Positions 25,761 through 42,634 of a stretch of DNA of 64,000 nt are shown here, piece after piece (positions within the stretch are counted from its first letter, which is position 1; every line of letters begins with the position of its first letter). The position numbers were made by a program, and so were the translations under genes. The stretch comes from Utricularia gibba (Eukaryota; Plantae; Magnoliophyta): positions 1,736,001 through 1,800,000 of the forward strand of contig NEEC01000002.1 in assembly GCA_002189035.1 (NCBI GenBank), in the 5' to 3' direction. The notes below the pieces were generated by a model that had not been told where the DNA came from, searched no databases, and was given only the letters and a program-made list of their open reading frames with translations.

Positions 25761-26270
25761 TTGACTCCTTTTTAGGTTTATCCCCCAAATTTCTCCTTCC
25801 CGGGATCAATCCAACGGCAATGCCCTTTTCTTGATACAAGTTTCACTACTGAAAACACGTCAAAGAAGAAACTTCTTTATGGAAAAGTGCAGTCTTTTTT
25901 CCACTGAGGAATGTTCACAGAACGATGAAATATGAAGAGTGCAAAATATACAGTTATAGAACTAAGAACAGCAACAGCTGTAGTTGCATACACTGGATGC
26001 TTCATCAGGGCGATCAGAAGCCATCACCAAAACAGTTGCAGGTGAAAAGGATAATCAGTAGATGATAACTATATGCCACCAAAAGATACATACACATTAT
26101 GGGGACACAGGCTGCAATGCAAGCCTTCACTCGCTGCACTGCTGCTTATAGTTCAGCCTTGTCAGGCACTCTCTCCTTCATGCACAGCTTTCCACATTCT
26201 TCCCATTATTAATCGTATGGATGAAACAACGAATACAAGGACGCTGATATTCGATACCAGGTTGGCTTGG

Positions 26271-30017
<3,747 letters not shown>

Positions 30018-31333
30018 CTCTGCGAATTCTACTTCAACACCTGAAGTCCCTTAACTCAAATCTGCTTTCAAGAAAAGGAAAAAAGAACTCATCAAATTCA
30101 TTGTAGGGCATAGAACCAAGTGAACGAAAGCTGAAGTATATACAATACACATCATACATGTCACTTCAAACGAAGTCAAAAATTTCGGAAAAAAAGGAGA
30201 AGGAATACTTCTAACTGAGAGTTTCACCAGCAACCCAAGTAAAAAGAATGCCGGATCCCCAAGCAAAGAACAATACGAAGAAGATAAAAAAAGAAGTAAG
30301 CAAAACCAAGATCTTCGCTTTCACGAATCTAGGAGCAAAAAATCAAATGCAATAGAAAACCCATCAACCACGGAAACTGTAGACCTTGTTCCTACATACC
30401 ACTCCACCAGAAAATCAAACTGGGCACCGACACCTTACTCTCATGTTATGTCTTCTGGTGGGTAGTGGCCACCAAAACTACAAAATGTGAAAGCAGATAG
30501 GGTTCTTAAAGATCGAGCCTAATAAATTTATTGTGAATTCTTCAGACGGACCCGATATGCAAAAAATGGCTCACAGACCCTTCTCAACTGCCGACTATCT
30601 CCAGCTCAACTCCATGGCTGCATTGCATTTATGGACCGAACCCATTACTTTCGCATTTTCATACTTTTTGTGCTGATTCACATTTGACACTCAATTATTG
30701 GGACAACCACTAAAAACTTGAAACTAAGTTAAAGCTCATCAAAACAAAAACACAACATTCTAGTTGATAATGCATACAAAAGGCCACAGTCCATATCATA
30801 CATACTCATTACACTGCACCCATTATTGCTTCTATTATTGCAATTGAGAATTAGCTTCTCCAATCATGAAGTTCAATTTCCCCACCCACCACAGTGCGCC
30901 TTGTAAATTGCCCCTGATATCTTCATTTCAGTACAAACATCTTACTGTTGAAAATGGGAAAATGCTATAAAGAATTGTTAATTAATATATGGATGGGGGT
31001 GGGGGCTCCCAGAAGACAAGGGGTGTCGCGGAGCTTATACACGACATGTGAACTGTGAGGCCAACTGCACCACATCTCCTAAATGCCCATTTTCCTACAT
31101 GAAATGATAGCAGCTGCTCATCCTTCAAGGAACAAGCAGCAGAGGGGGTTGTCGTACTTTCACCCTCTGCTCCATCACATGTCTGTGAGCATGCAGTGTT
31201 CGGACATGGTTGGTTGTTTGTGTGACTGGTTTTGGGCTATGGCCCAGGCCGGTGTTAGCCTTACCAGTCGACTTTGACATCGTGCGCCCTAATTGAAGCA
31301 TGTCTTAATCCAAGATTTGGATGAGGAATTTGT

Positions 31334-31530
31334 TATCTTGAATACTTTAATTAACGATTCAAAATGATTCAATTATGAATTTTTTTTATCTTGAATCATT
31401 TAATTTATGATTCAAGATGATCTAACTATGAATTTATTATCTTGAATCATTTAATTTACGATTTAAAATGATTCAATTATATGAATTTTTTTTTTCTTAA
31501 ATCGTTTAATTTATGATTCAAAACATAATT
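31334..31530. repeat. AT-rich minisatellite, ~52-bp unit x ~3.7
   Basis: Units begin TATCTTGAAT at about 31334, 31387 and 31438, with a degenerate fourth near 31493. Each continues TTTAATTTA(C/T)GATTCAA(A/G)ATGATTCAATTATGAATTT. Confidence 0.8.
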
Positions 31531-31829
31531 TAATATAATCCTTATGATAAATGGTTGGAGGCCTAAAAAGATCATGGCTTTTTAAATCCTTGCCATTGCA
31601 TCTAATAACAAAATATTAGGAGATTGTAAATATAAATAACTTTTTGATCATTGCTTTTTTTTTAGATTTTTGAATTATTTTATGGAGTTATTATGTAAGA
31701 ACAAGGATTGAACATCAAACACATTTATTTTGTGATTTATAGATTTATCTCATTATTCTCAATTAAAAATTATTTAGAAATTAATTTGTCTTATATGGTA
31801 TTTTTTAATATGATTAAATAAATTTAAGA

Positions 31830-31900
31830 CTGGGCCCGATCAGCTTGGTTTCCATAAGGGCCCGAACGGCCCAAAACGTTGTTGGTGCTAGGGTTGCAAA
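31830..31900 (+). promoter_or_regulatory. Site II (TGGGCC/GGCCCA) cluster plus telo-box-like element upstream of the nucleolar protein gene
   Basis: TGGGCCC at 31831, AGGGCCCGAACGGCCCAA at ~31857-31874 and TAGGGTT at ~31889. This combination is typical of plant ribosome-biogenesis promoters. Confidence 0.55.
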
Positions 31901-32005
31901 AATAGGCAACAATTGCTCTGATGTGCGTCGATCAAGTAAGGGAGAAATTCCCTTTTTGTTTTTGTTGTTTTTGGTTTATAGCAAGCTCTTGCACCCGCGC
32001 GTTAC

Positions 32006-34555
32006 ATGCCCAGAAGCGCCGCCGGGAGCCAGAGCTCTTTTTTGCTTACAGCATTTACGCCGCGCCAAGTGCTTCTCTTGAACCACCCAAAGGAGAGGAA
32101 CACAGCACTTGCTGCTGTTATGGCGAAGGATAGGTCTGAACAAAGGGCATCATCGAAGACCGAGGACCGAAGTGTGGAAGACGATGCTGTACTTACATAC
32201 TCCGTCGCTCTCTGGCTCTCGAACAAGGGCTTCTCCAAAGTCTTGAAACGTTTCCTCTCATCGGCTAAAATTCAGGTCTTGTGACACGATTAAGCGCTTG
32301 TTCCTTGTGTTTTTTGTATTTTAGCCCGACTGTTTATTGTTCTGTCGCATTCATATAATGAAAAGGAAAATTCAGGTTGATGCATTGAGTAGAACGGCAC
32401 TGCTTATTGTGCATTGCAAATTAAGAAGAATTACACTAATGCGTAATCTCTAGATCCAGGAAACAAGATTCATGATTTAATTTCATGTTTTTTGGCGTTT
32501 GAAAAATGGTGTATTAATTCTTTTTTTCTTTTGCCCCACAGGATGACAATTGGAAGGACAGGGCTCTCGATTTGAATGACATTTTCGGCCAATATCAGAA
32601 ATCGATGTGAGTTATCTAAGTGGTTAATGTTTCAGACTCTTTATTTAGTATTTTGAGGTTTTTCATGATTATGTATAACTGGTTAGTATTCCATGTTACC
32701 CCTCTTTACCTCCATGATAACAGTCCTTGGCGCTTTTGAATGATTCACAGGAAAGTAAATAATCTAGGAGTCTCTTGGTCTTCCTGTAATGGTCTATTTG
32801 ACGTTGGAAATGGACTTTTTAACCGATCCTGTTATGTCTGTGATATTTAATGTTATCTCATCATGCAATGTGTCCTTCTGCAGCAGTGCTGCAAGTGGAG
32901 CTGCAGACTCCCCGGTTGCTGAAGAAATTGAACACGCCAAAAGCAAGAAGAAGAAGAAGGGTGGAAGTGATGGGGATATAGATGTCACTGGAAACAAACC
33001 TAATGAGGGCCCAAAAATCTCTGAGGATCAAGGTAATTCATTGTCTAGTTTCTCCTGCTTTCCATGAGTGTTCCATGTAAGGAGGTGCATGATGGATCCT
33101 GGCATTCTTTGTTATGTCTTATCATTATTCAAGTATTTTTTAGTCCATGTCCATGAGAATTCTCTTCTGGAACAGTAAAACTTGGTATGCACAACTTGCA
33201 GTGTGTGAAGATGGAAATTCGAAGAAGAGCAAGAAGAAGTTTAATTCTGATGCTGCCACCGTAGGCCCTGCTGCAATTCCGGATCAGGCTGTTAATGGGA
33301 ATAAGACTGAATTATGTGAAAATGGGAAACAGGATCAACAGCGTAAGACATTAGCTTAATCATATTTATGATGTCCTGCAATCTAATGAACAAAAGGAAA
33401 ACACTGCTGATTATGTTCGTGGATTGACAGGGGATCATTCGAAAAAGAAAAGGGACAAAAATAAAAGCAATTTAGCACAACAATCATCGGATGTTTCTGA
33501 AAAGAAACCCTGTGAAGATTCTTCAAATGTTCAGGAATCCAAGGAAAGCTTCGCTGAGGATGTTTTTACCCAATCCGAGAAGGCTTCTATGAAAAGAAAA
33601 AGAAAGACCTTGGATGAAAGTGAAAATAAATCAGGAAATGAAACAGTTACTGAGCAAGTAAAACCCAAAAAGTTGAAAAAATCAGACAACGGACAGAGGG
33701 ATGCTCATAAAACTGGGGAAAATGTCCATCTTGATGAACAAAGTAAGCAAAAAGGCATCCCTCCCACGGTAGCTCCGAGAATGTATCTGCTGGGCAGGCT
33801 AATGAAAGTGCAAATGGTTCCCTTGTTCCTGAAATGGATAAATCAACTGGCTCGAAATCTAGAAAGAAAAAGGCTAGCGATTCTTCTGAGGTAACTTGGT
33901 TACCTTTGTTGTCCTTTTTAGATATGCTCTTTGATGTTAGAAAGTTGCAGGAGCTATTTAGCAGCTGCATTTCTAAATCTAAATGAATGTTTTGTTGGAC
34001 TTGCAGCCAAAGACTGTTAATGCATTTCAGAGAGTGAAAATAGAGGAGGTGAAGTTTGTCGATGAGCGGCTTCAAGATAACTCTTATTGGGCAAAGGTTT
34101 TCTATATCATGTTTGCATTTCCTAATGGTGTCAATATTGCTCAACTATCACAAATTCTAAGCCATTTTATCTCAGTAAATTGGTGTGAAAACAAATGCAA
34201 GTGGTGGTAAAATTTGACACTAGTCTGTGGCCTGGATATTTACACTTCCCACACTCTTCCCTGCTGTAGGACGGTGCGGAGAATGGGTATGGTGCGAAAG
34301 CTCAAGAAGTTCTCGGGCAAGTGAAAGGGAGGTATGCTTGCTTTGTTGATAAATGGGCATTGGGTTCTTCTGAACGATTGTACTTTTTTTTTTTATCTCA
34401 TTCTAGTGTAGCATAAGTTCATTTATTTCAACACCTCTATTCTGTGCAGGGATTTCCGGCATGAAAAGACAAAGAAGAAACGCGGCAGCTATAGGGGAGG
34501 ACAGATTGATTTGCAGTCTCACTCCATCAAGTTCAATTATTCCGATGATGAATGA
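32006..34555 (+). CDS. Nucleolar LisH / Srp40-C-terminal domain protein (NOLC1/Nopp140-like); one apparent 1-nt frameshift at 33749-33753
   Basis: N-terminal LisH-like SVALWLSNKGFSKVLKRFLSSAKIQ, K/S/E-rich low-complexity middle, and C-terminal Srp40 domain AFQRVKIEEVKFVDERLQDNSYWAKDGAENGYGAKAQEVLGQVKGRDFRHEKTKKKRGSYRGGQIDLQSHSIKF. Stop at 34553-34555. Confidence 0.88.
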
Positions 34556-34871
34556 GTGGAAGAACAGCTAATACCTCGGCTCTCTGTGAGGTTCTCTCAA
34601 CTCTCTTAAATGCATTGGATACCATTTTTGATAGTGGATGAAGTATCTGAGTAACCTATTTTGAGGCACAATATGAACTCCTTATTTATGTTCATCAAAT
34701 TTTGACTGCGTGAGGCCGTTCAAGTGCTTTTCCTCTTGTATTATTCAACAACAAATCATCATAGCATACTTCGCATTCTTTCTGAATGGTCCACTTTGAG
34801 TTCACCTAAAGACACAGCTAACAAGCGTTAAATCTAAAGGTAAAAATCCTTGGTGCTGCTACTCTCGGTAG

Positions 34872-36308
34872 CTATGTCGTCTGGGGAGGCTTCGAGCCCT
34901 TGCGCTTGCGCTCCCATACCGGAGTGGTCTCTATAAGCTTATGGGGCACAAGTTGTCTTTCTCTTTTGGAGAGCTTACGGAAGTTGCTCACCTTTAACTT
35001 GGCTATCTCAGCCTCCTCTTCTGGTGTTATCTCCCTCACCACCACGGTTAGTCTGCATTCTGGGCGTACTCTTATCCCACACTTACCTCTGGCATGGTAC
35101 GATATCCTCTTCTTGAACAAGCCCTTCCCCACGAATGCCTCAGCTATTATCAGAATAATTGCGGTGAGTTGATGCACAGATAAAGAAGCCATGGATGGCA
35201 AAGCTGTCAGCTTACCAACAAGAAGACGGTCCCCATCAAGCCCATGATTGTGTGTTGCATTTGCTCGAGCTGCATTCACAACCTATCCTACGGGTTTGAC
35301 CACATCAACTAACTTGCAAACCATACAGAATAACAACTACTGTAGGCATGTACTTGAAGCTCTGGCAGTTTTACCTGGTAGACTGTTTTGGCCGCTCTCT
35401 TCACCGTCACTTGTAACTGCAGCAATGCATCCTCAACACGCATTCCGCGGATCAGGGTTGCAACCAGGTTAACCTTTTTAGGACTCTGAAAGATGTAAAA
35501 ATAAGTTCCCTGGGGACTGGCATGTCTCTAGTTTAGAATCTATGAACTGAGATGCATCTAAAATTAATCATCAGATATGTACAGATGATCAACTTTGGAG
35601 ATCATGCCTGTTTTATTCGCTTCAAAACTGCTTGAACTTTTGAAGGCTTTGAAACAGGCTTCTGAGGCTCCGCACTTCTGGAACTTGAAGGCAAAGCTGG
35701 AACCAATGGTGAAGAGACGGGAGTTTCAGGATTCTCTGCAACGAAGCTCCTCGAACTACTAAAGTTCTGTCAATGAAAATAGATGGCATTGAATAACTCA
35801 AATAACAACACATCAAAGATGCACAGATCTTCCAAGTAAATCAAAACTTGGTTTGGTTCACGTTGAACGCCAACCAAAAAAATCCATAAAAAAAGCATGA
35901 CAGTGATAAAGCATGTGGAAATTACCAGATGCTGGAGGTATAGATGCGCAGGCCTTGCAAATGAAAAGCATACAGAATTCTTTGTAACTGGCAAAGACCC
36001 CGCATGTCCTGCAATTCATTTTGTTACCATCAAAGAAAACTGGCTCTTAATGAAACAACAAGACATAAATAAGAATAAGATCCTAGCAAAATTATACTGC
36101 TTCCTATGATGTCATCCTAAACATGGGAATAAAAGCTGTGATTGTGTAAGAAAGAATACAGAATCCTTTCTAATTAAAATTACAAATCACCTGACAGTAA
36201 ATAAGGTTTTGCCTGATTTAGGGTACTGAATGGAACACATGTCCCACATTCATATCTCTTGATAAGCTGACGACATAAAACCTGCAAATTCCGCTTCCAG
36301 CCAAACAT
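34872..36308 (-). CDS. RPL22: Nucleus-encoded organellar (probably mitochondrial) ribosomal protein uL22, 6 exons, 269 aa
   Basis: Exons 36308-36191, 36008-35926, 35766-35608, 35485-35375, 35282-35216, 35143-34872 total 810 nt. Presequence MFGWKRNLQVLCRQ; core VQAVLKRIKQSPKKVNLVA..IRGMRVEDALLQLQVTVKRAAKTVYQ..ARANATHNHGLD..AEAFVGKG..RLTVVVRE. Confidence 0.92.
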
Positions 36309-37384
36309 ACCTTCCCGTTTTCTGGAGAGGCACAGCACATAGAACAAAAACACCTACAGAGAATCAGTGACGATTTTTCACAGTTCACCAATAGAGTAAT
36401 TCAATTACAAATACAGCCAATAATAAGCATTGTTATTTATTCCGTAGAAAGTCTATGGGGTTTGTATTTCCTTGAGACCATGAAATTGACAACAATGTTA
36501 ACAACCCGATTTCTCTAAAACAAAATAAAATAACACAGCGCTACACCCTTTAGCAAATAGGATGATCACGATAAGAAATCATTTCGAGAAAGAAAGCTAA
36601 CATTTCAAAGACATAAGCTGCGCATAATCCACATAACTCCTAAAAGCTGACTACAGATTAAACAGAAATGGGCACGGGGCTGTCGATGGTCTAAACTCTG
36701 GACAATGCGAGCTCCCAGGGCAGTTCATGAGCCTACATACGCTTAACGCCATCCATCAAACTCAACAAATTAACAAGCATAACTAGCAAACACAATGGGA
36801 AATTGGGCCAAAAAAATCCAAAAACACCAAACTCTAAAAAATAATCCAAAGGGAACGAAGCATAACACGCCAAACAGAAACACGTAAGCGTTCTAGAGTT
36901 GAGAATGCACGCTGACCAAATGGGAGAGGAAAATATGTCGAAGGCAGAGATCTTGGAATTCAACGGACACGGAAATCAGTGATACATTTCGCTTGCAATC
37001 CAGAAATAAACTGCATTAACAAAAATAGATAAGTCACCAACTATTTCGCGAAGCAGATACCGGAAACGGACGTCTCGGCGCGGAGGCGTGGTGTGTGAGG
37101 AAGACGAAGCAAACACACTGGGTTTTAGTTAATAAGCCCAGATCCCGGCCCAGTAACCTCGGCCCCCTTCAATGAACCAGGCTTCCAGCGGTTATAAGAA
37201 AACAAACAAATCCAAAGCCTTGACAGCTTCTCTGCTGACTCGACGACTTTTGGGTGTGAAAGGAGAGAGTCGCAATCCAGAATCTAGTCACCTTAAATGT
37301 TCTAGAAATATTGGATATTGGACAAGAGTTGGTTATCCACAATGCTAATTTAAATAATCTTCAACTAATTTATATGAAATATCA

Positions 37385-37695
37385 ATTTATTAATTTTGAT
37401 GAATTTAAAAATAAATTGAGTTTTACGTGCACGTAGTAATACAAGTTTATTTGTGCAAGAGAATATAAAACTAATTTCAAAAGTCTCTTACATGTGTGTG
37501 TGCGAACCAAATCTATGTTTTGTATTATTTTGTCTCGAGACTATTAGAGCTAGGCGATATAAATTCGATTGATTTTTTAGATCAAGATTACATTTTTGAA
37601 TAATCTCTTGAATCCTAATTGGATCCATAAATTCTTTAGCACTAGTATATTAGTTTTTAATCATTTCTCATTTTTTGTGTTCGATTTACAACAAA
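37385..37695. repeat. Dispersed AT-rich repeat, copy A (probable non-autonomous TE fragment)
   Basis: Shares collinear blocks with 42635-42905: TTATTAATTTTGATGAATTT.A.AATAAATT, ACGTGCA.GTA, ACTATTA..TAG..ATATA.ATTCGA.TGATT, TTTTT(G/A)TGTT.GATTTACAACAA. Confidence 0.65.
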
Positions 37696-39123
37696 GAAAC
37701 CCGGTCGTGATAGCTTATTGCATCTCAGATCAGTAGTGAACACTAATTACTTCGACGCATCGCCCTCTATCCCGCCTGAACTGCCATAAACTGCCCTTGA
37801 TCATTAGAACAATACTATCTATCCTATACAATTTTTGAAAACGTTGAAATAGATTAACTATCTAATTATATCAATTTAAACTATTCAACATATTCATTAG
37901 TTGTATTCATATTTATTATTAGTTCATAAATTATATTTTATTTAATAATTTCAATAATAAATATTTAATTTATTTGAAACGTTTGTCATTCTTTTGCTTC
38001 CAAATATCTCAAGTCCGTTCAAACCTATCTTTAATTATAGTTGATTTATCAGACCAAATGGTAGATGTCTTCATTTGCTTTTCCTAAATCTATTAGAAAG
38101 AAATATGAAGTATTAACTCTTGACTTGTGAGAATTAATAAGTCGAAAATAGCTTCAAGACTGGTTTGATTTCTAAGTTACAGTTGCACCGTTTGAATAGA
38201 GTAGAACCGAAATGAAGGCACATTGTCTCCCCACAATGAATGGGTTTCTTTTCTGGGTTTCCAAAAGTCGTACGCTATTTTGAAATTGATGGGAAAAGGA
38301 TCCTCCGTGTATACAACTTTCTCCTGGTCTAAAGCTGGGAGCCATTAAGAATACGGTTCCTAACTTCAACAACTGGCAAATTGTCGTCTCCAGGATCTTC
38401 ACCTTTTTCAGTGCTGAAGACCAACGTTGAACTCTACTCAAGTTAGTGAAAATGAAATTGATATTAGAACAAATAATATCATATGTAAATTTGAAGTTAA
38501 AGTATATAATAAATTATAAGTTACTAGTAATCGATTATACTTAATTTTTTCTAATGTGAATTATATTTATTGTATATTTAGAATGTAATTTATGACATTT
38601 AATCAATAATTTTTACTTAATTCGTAAATATAAGTTATTGTACAATTAGATGTAAAATAAATAGAATCAATTTATTTGAAATTAAATAATCTAATTATTG
38701 AATAAATTATATTTTCTCAAATTATATGATAATTAGATGAAGTATTTAAAATTAAAATAAGTTAAAAATACGTAAAAATATAAATTAATTTTTAGAATAA
38801 ATTAATTAATTTTATAAACTTTTTATTTTTATTTTTACTTTAAGTCATAAGTTATAACATAAACCATACAAATTACAAACTACAGTCTTAGGTTTCACGT
38901 CTGTTTGTCCAATTTATCGTATACTTAAATTAGAGGAATCGGTCGTGAAACAATCATCTGGAAAATATGCAAAACCAGACAGAATTGGGGTTGTGGCCTA
39001 ACTGGCATTGTATAGTTTACAGAAACAGCATAGCCAACACACATGATTACGAGTTCTTCTTCTTCTTCCTGTGCAATGAATTAATGAAACAATGGGCGTG
39101 CGAATTGTAAAAAAAGGGTGGCG

Positions 39124-40362
39124 TCATGATGAGAGGATTGAAACTAGGGTCTTGTGATGAAGGCATGGTGAGTTCTTCCATGACTTGTAGTGAGTCTTGA
39201 GTATTTCCAATGATCTTTCCTGTGTCTTCAGCCCTGAGTCGACTTGAACTGCCAGACAGAGCTTATTCGCCACGCCCGTGTGAAGCATTTCCTGGACGAC
39301 TGCAGGAGTTGCACTGAACCTGGAAATGGAATGGAGGATCCTAACGGCACTTTCACTGGCCACGTTTGAAACCCTTAAGATCTTCTTCGAAACGACGGCT
39401 AATCCGGCGCCGTGTCCCAGCAGCTCCGCCCTTCCCTCGGCGCACTGGCAGAGGAGATCAAGCACTGCTAGCATCATTTCACAGGCCCGTTTCTCCGGTG
39501 TGCCGAGTAGGAGTTCGATTAGTATTTGAACTGTTCCAGCTCCCGCGGCTTTGATCCGGTTTCTTCCCCATGGACAAGTGAAGATTAGAACTTTGAGAGC
39601 TGATTTTGATGCCTTTTGGGAGATCTGATCCTTCAAGACTCTCGCTGTTTCGACGAAGAATTCCGGTGGCAGCGCAATGAATAAAGATGGATCAGGATCA
39701 GCGGTTTCCAGTATTCGACTCAATAGCATGATGGAGGAACCCCGTGACTCAAAGCTTCCATTTTTCATGGAGTTTCCGATAGAACCAATGAAGTCACCGT
39801 TGCTCAAGGATCCCAAGCTCTTGTCTGATAACTGTAGTGAGAAGAGGATGCTCAGAGCCTCTTCACGAACTTGCACAAGATCCGAATGATCCTGTGTTTC
39901 TTCACATAAAGAAAGCAACTCCGCGGTCAGGCTGTTGATCAACGAAGCTAAAAACTCGACAACCCCCGCGGCTTCCATCGCCCTTTTGTTGGACTCGTTG
40001 TCGCGAGAAATAGCCTTTAATTTCTTCAAACACCTTACCCGCATCTCAGGAGACTTGGCTTCTCTCAGTAATCTCAAAATCTGGGGTTTGGTAACCGGGG
40101 GTTTGGGTGTGGGAATGCGTTGAAAGGCGTTTAGAGCAGACCAGGACTGGATCACGCGGCGGAGGGTGATGTTCGGCGTGAGATCGAGATCGGAAAGCGG
40201 CTGCTTTGTGATCGGACACGTGGCGTCCCCGTCGCCGGAAAAGAGCCACCGCTCGATGCTGGCGCGGTCGTAGGTTATGCCGGACTTGAGCGTGACCGGA
40301 TCCTCCATGATTTCCAAAGAAATGGGGCAGAGGAAGTACCGAGGAATCTCAACTTCAGCCAT
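39124..40362 (-). CDS. PUB23: U-box/ARM E3 ubiquitin ligase, PUB22/23/24 (CMPG1-like) class, intronless, 412 aa
   Basis: U-box EIPRYFLCPISLEIMEDPVTLKSGITYDRASIERWL..CPITKQPL..LTPNITLRRVIQSW, then IPTPKPPV and ARM repeats with WGRNRIKAAGAG and LAVVSKKILRVS. Confidence 0.93.
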   Translation of the reverse strand: MAEVEIPRYFLCPISLEIMEDPVTLKSGITYDRASIERWLFSGDGDATCPITKQPLSDLDLTPNITLRRVIQSWSALNAFQRIPTPKPPVTKPQILRLLREAKSPEMRVRCLKKLKAISRDNESNKRAMEAAGVVEFLASLINSLTAELLSLCEETQDHSDLVQVREEALSILFSLQLSDKSLGSLSNGDFIGSIGNSMKNGSFESRGSSIMLLSRILETADPDPSLFIALPPEFFVETARVLKDQISQKASKSALKVLIFTCPWGRNRIKAAGAGTVQILIELLLGTPEKRACEMMLAVLDLLCQCAEGRAELLGHGAGLAVVSKKILRVSNVASESAVRILHSISRFSATPAVVQEMLHTGVANKLCLAVQVDSGLKTQERSLEILKTHYKSWKNSPCLHHKTLVSILSS

Positions 40363-40819
40363 CTTCTTCTAGATCTGAGAAACGGGAACCAAGATGGAAC
40401 CTGGGCGCTGTTCTTGGGGGCTTAAATAGTGGCGTTGGGCAAGACGGGTTCCAGCTACAAGAAGGCGGTTATCTAGAAGTCAACACACGCAATCTTCCGT
40501 GTGGTGTGCGTGAGAGAGAAAGTACGCTACGACTTGGACTTTTCAACGTCGACAGAGCGCAGAGTCGACAGAAATGTTTTAATGTTTATTATTATGACTT
40601 GGCTTCTTTATTTCGAGTTCCTCAGCTTGACAAGTGGCAGGCATGTTTCACACCCGCACCGGCCATCTCCATCCAAATATGTATGATAAAAAAATACTTA
40701 AAATTGAGTAAAAAGAATATATATTTTTATATAATTATAAAATATAGAATGAACAAACTGTACAATCATACTAATTTAAATTAATAAATATATTAATATC
40801 TCTCAAACGTAATTCTTAT

Positions 40820-41205
40820 TGATTCCATTCGTTTGATATTTTTGATTTTAAATAATCGACAGTACAATATATATTAGTTTACATAAAATTATTTAAATGG
40901 CATATCCATAGTTATTCATATCTAATTATTCTATTTCTAAAAATAAAAAATACATTCAATGTAAATTTAAAAATTATAAAATATAAAATGAATAAGTTGT
41001 AGAACCATACTAACATATTAGTATCTCTCGTCCTTACTTATTTTTAAATTAGAAATATATTTTTTAACTCCAATAAGACGCATTCCATCTATTTAATTTT
41101 TTTTAATTTCAAATAATCAATAATGCAATTTATGTTAATTTACCTAAAATTATTTAATAATCTTCATATCTAATTATTCTCTTTCTAAAAAATAAAAAAA
41201 TATAT
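40820..41205. repeat. Degenerate tandem duplication of a ~150-bp AT-rich unit
   Basis: ~40820-40970 and ~41070-41205 share ATTCCAT..TTT..ATTT.AAATAATC, TTTAC.TAAAATTATTTAA and TTCATATCTAATTATTCT.TTTCTAAAAATAAAAAA. Confidence 0.6.
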
Positions 41206-42634
41206 TTTATAGGTAAAAAAAAATAATGAACCTGAATGAATTTCATGGGTTGGGTATACGACCGACTGACGACTACGGGTGACGAATGAAACGGTCAAAG
41301 GCCAGGGGATTGGGACCCCCTTGTCTCCGGTTGGTAGCATAAATTAGTAATTATAATTAATAATTAATAATTAATTGACCCACGGACTTTGGCATACAAA
41401 ATCAACCATCAGTCGGGTAATAAAGCCGAAAACAATGTCTGCTTCAGGGCAACAATGTAAGAAACAAGGGGAAGGGGCGTGACGTGGATTATAAATGAAT
41501 TATAAACAGGGTTTACCAAGGAGCACCTCGTATTGTTCCCCACGTTTTACTCCTACAAAACAGGTGGTGTGCGTGTGAAGACAGAAGGTAAAAGTGTTGA
41601 AGATTGTTACATTTGGTACTATAGACCAAGACAACACAAGGAATAATACTAAAAAATCATTCTTCATTAATTTCCACTCAAATTCTTAAATAAATAAAGG
41701 ATGAATTACTTTAGAATGGTGGGTTCAAAAGGTCATTTGTATTTATTGAAATTATTATTTCAATTTTTGGTTTTTTTAATAATAAATACTATGCCTATAT
41801 TTAAATGTAGAAAATAATTAAATTAATGGTATTAGAAAGATCAAAACTTGGAAACTAGCAATGAAGAACACGGGATTTGAGATGGAAACTTGTTATTTTT
41901 ATATTAAAGCAAACGCCGGTCGAAACCAGAAGGCAATCAGTAGCTCCGCATGTTGCTATCAAGGTGGGAGTGAGGGTGAATTGTACTCGTGTTGCTGCTT
42001 AAAGTTCCATACGTTCATACATATAACATGGAACACAGTTGCAGGAAGTAGTCAGAGACAGCATTGATATAGCAACGCAATGCCAGTGAGATCTTTGGGA
42101 GGGTGGAAAATTTCTGAAGAAGTGGAACACGAGAGATTTTGGAATGCCTTAATCATTCTCATTCACAGCGTGTGCTTATATACAAAGGTTGCAATAATCC
42201 CAACACAAATCTAGTCTATAATCCTGCCTATAAACATAATATTTACCTAAAATATAGAGCCTAAATAATAACAGAATATTAACAACAGGATATTCAGAAT
42301 ATTAACAATTTCTCATTGGGGAGTAGAGAAATCAAAGGGTATCACAAACATAAGGTTTTATGCATGTTTGTATCACGTTGCCATTCATAGTGAATTGCCA
42401 TTTATGGATGTTTGGGAGGAACCACTCTCATAGCTGTTCTCTTGTAGTTTGATGAGTTTTGTGGTAGTTTTTTCTTTTTCAGACAAACAGTAAACAGATT
42501 TGAATAGCAATAGATGTGAGATTTTTGTGATTTACTGATTTCAAAACATTAGAATCAAAATATCGAAGATTAAGTATTTTTATCGATGAATAGAATTTCA
42601 TCGTCGATGTTAAGTTGAAACTTATGGTATGACA

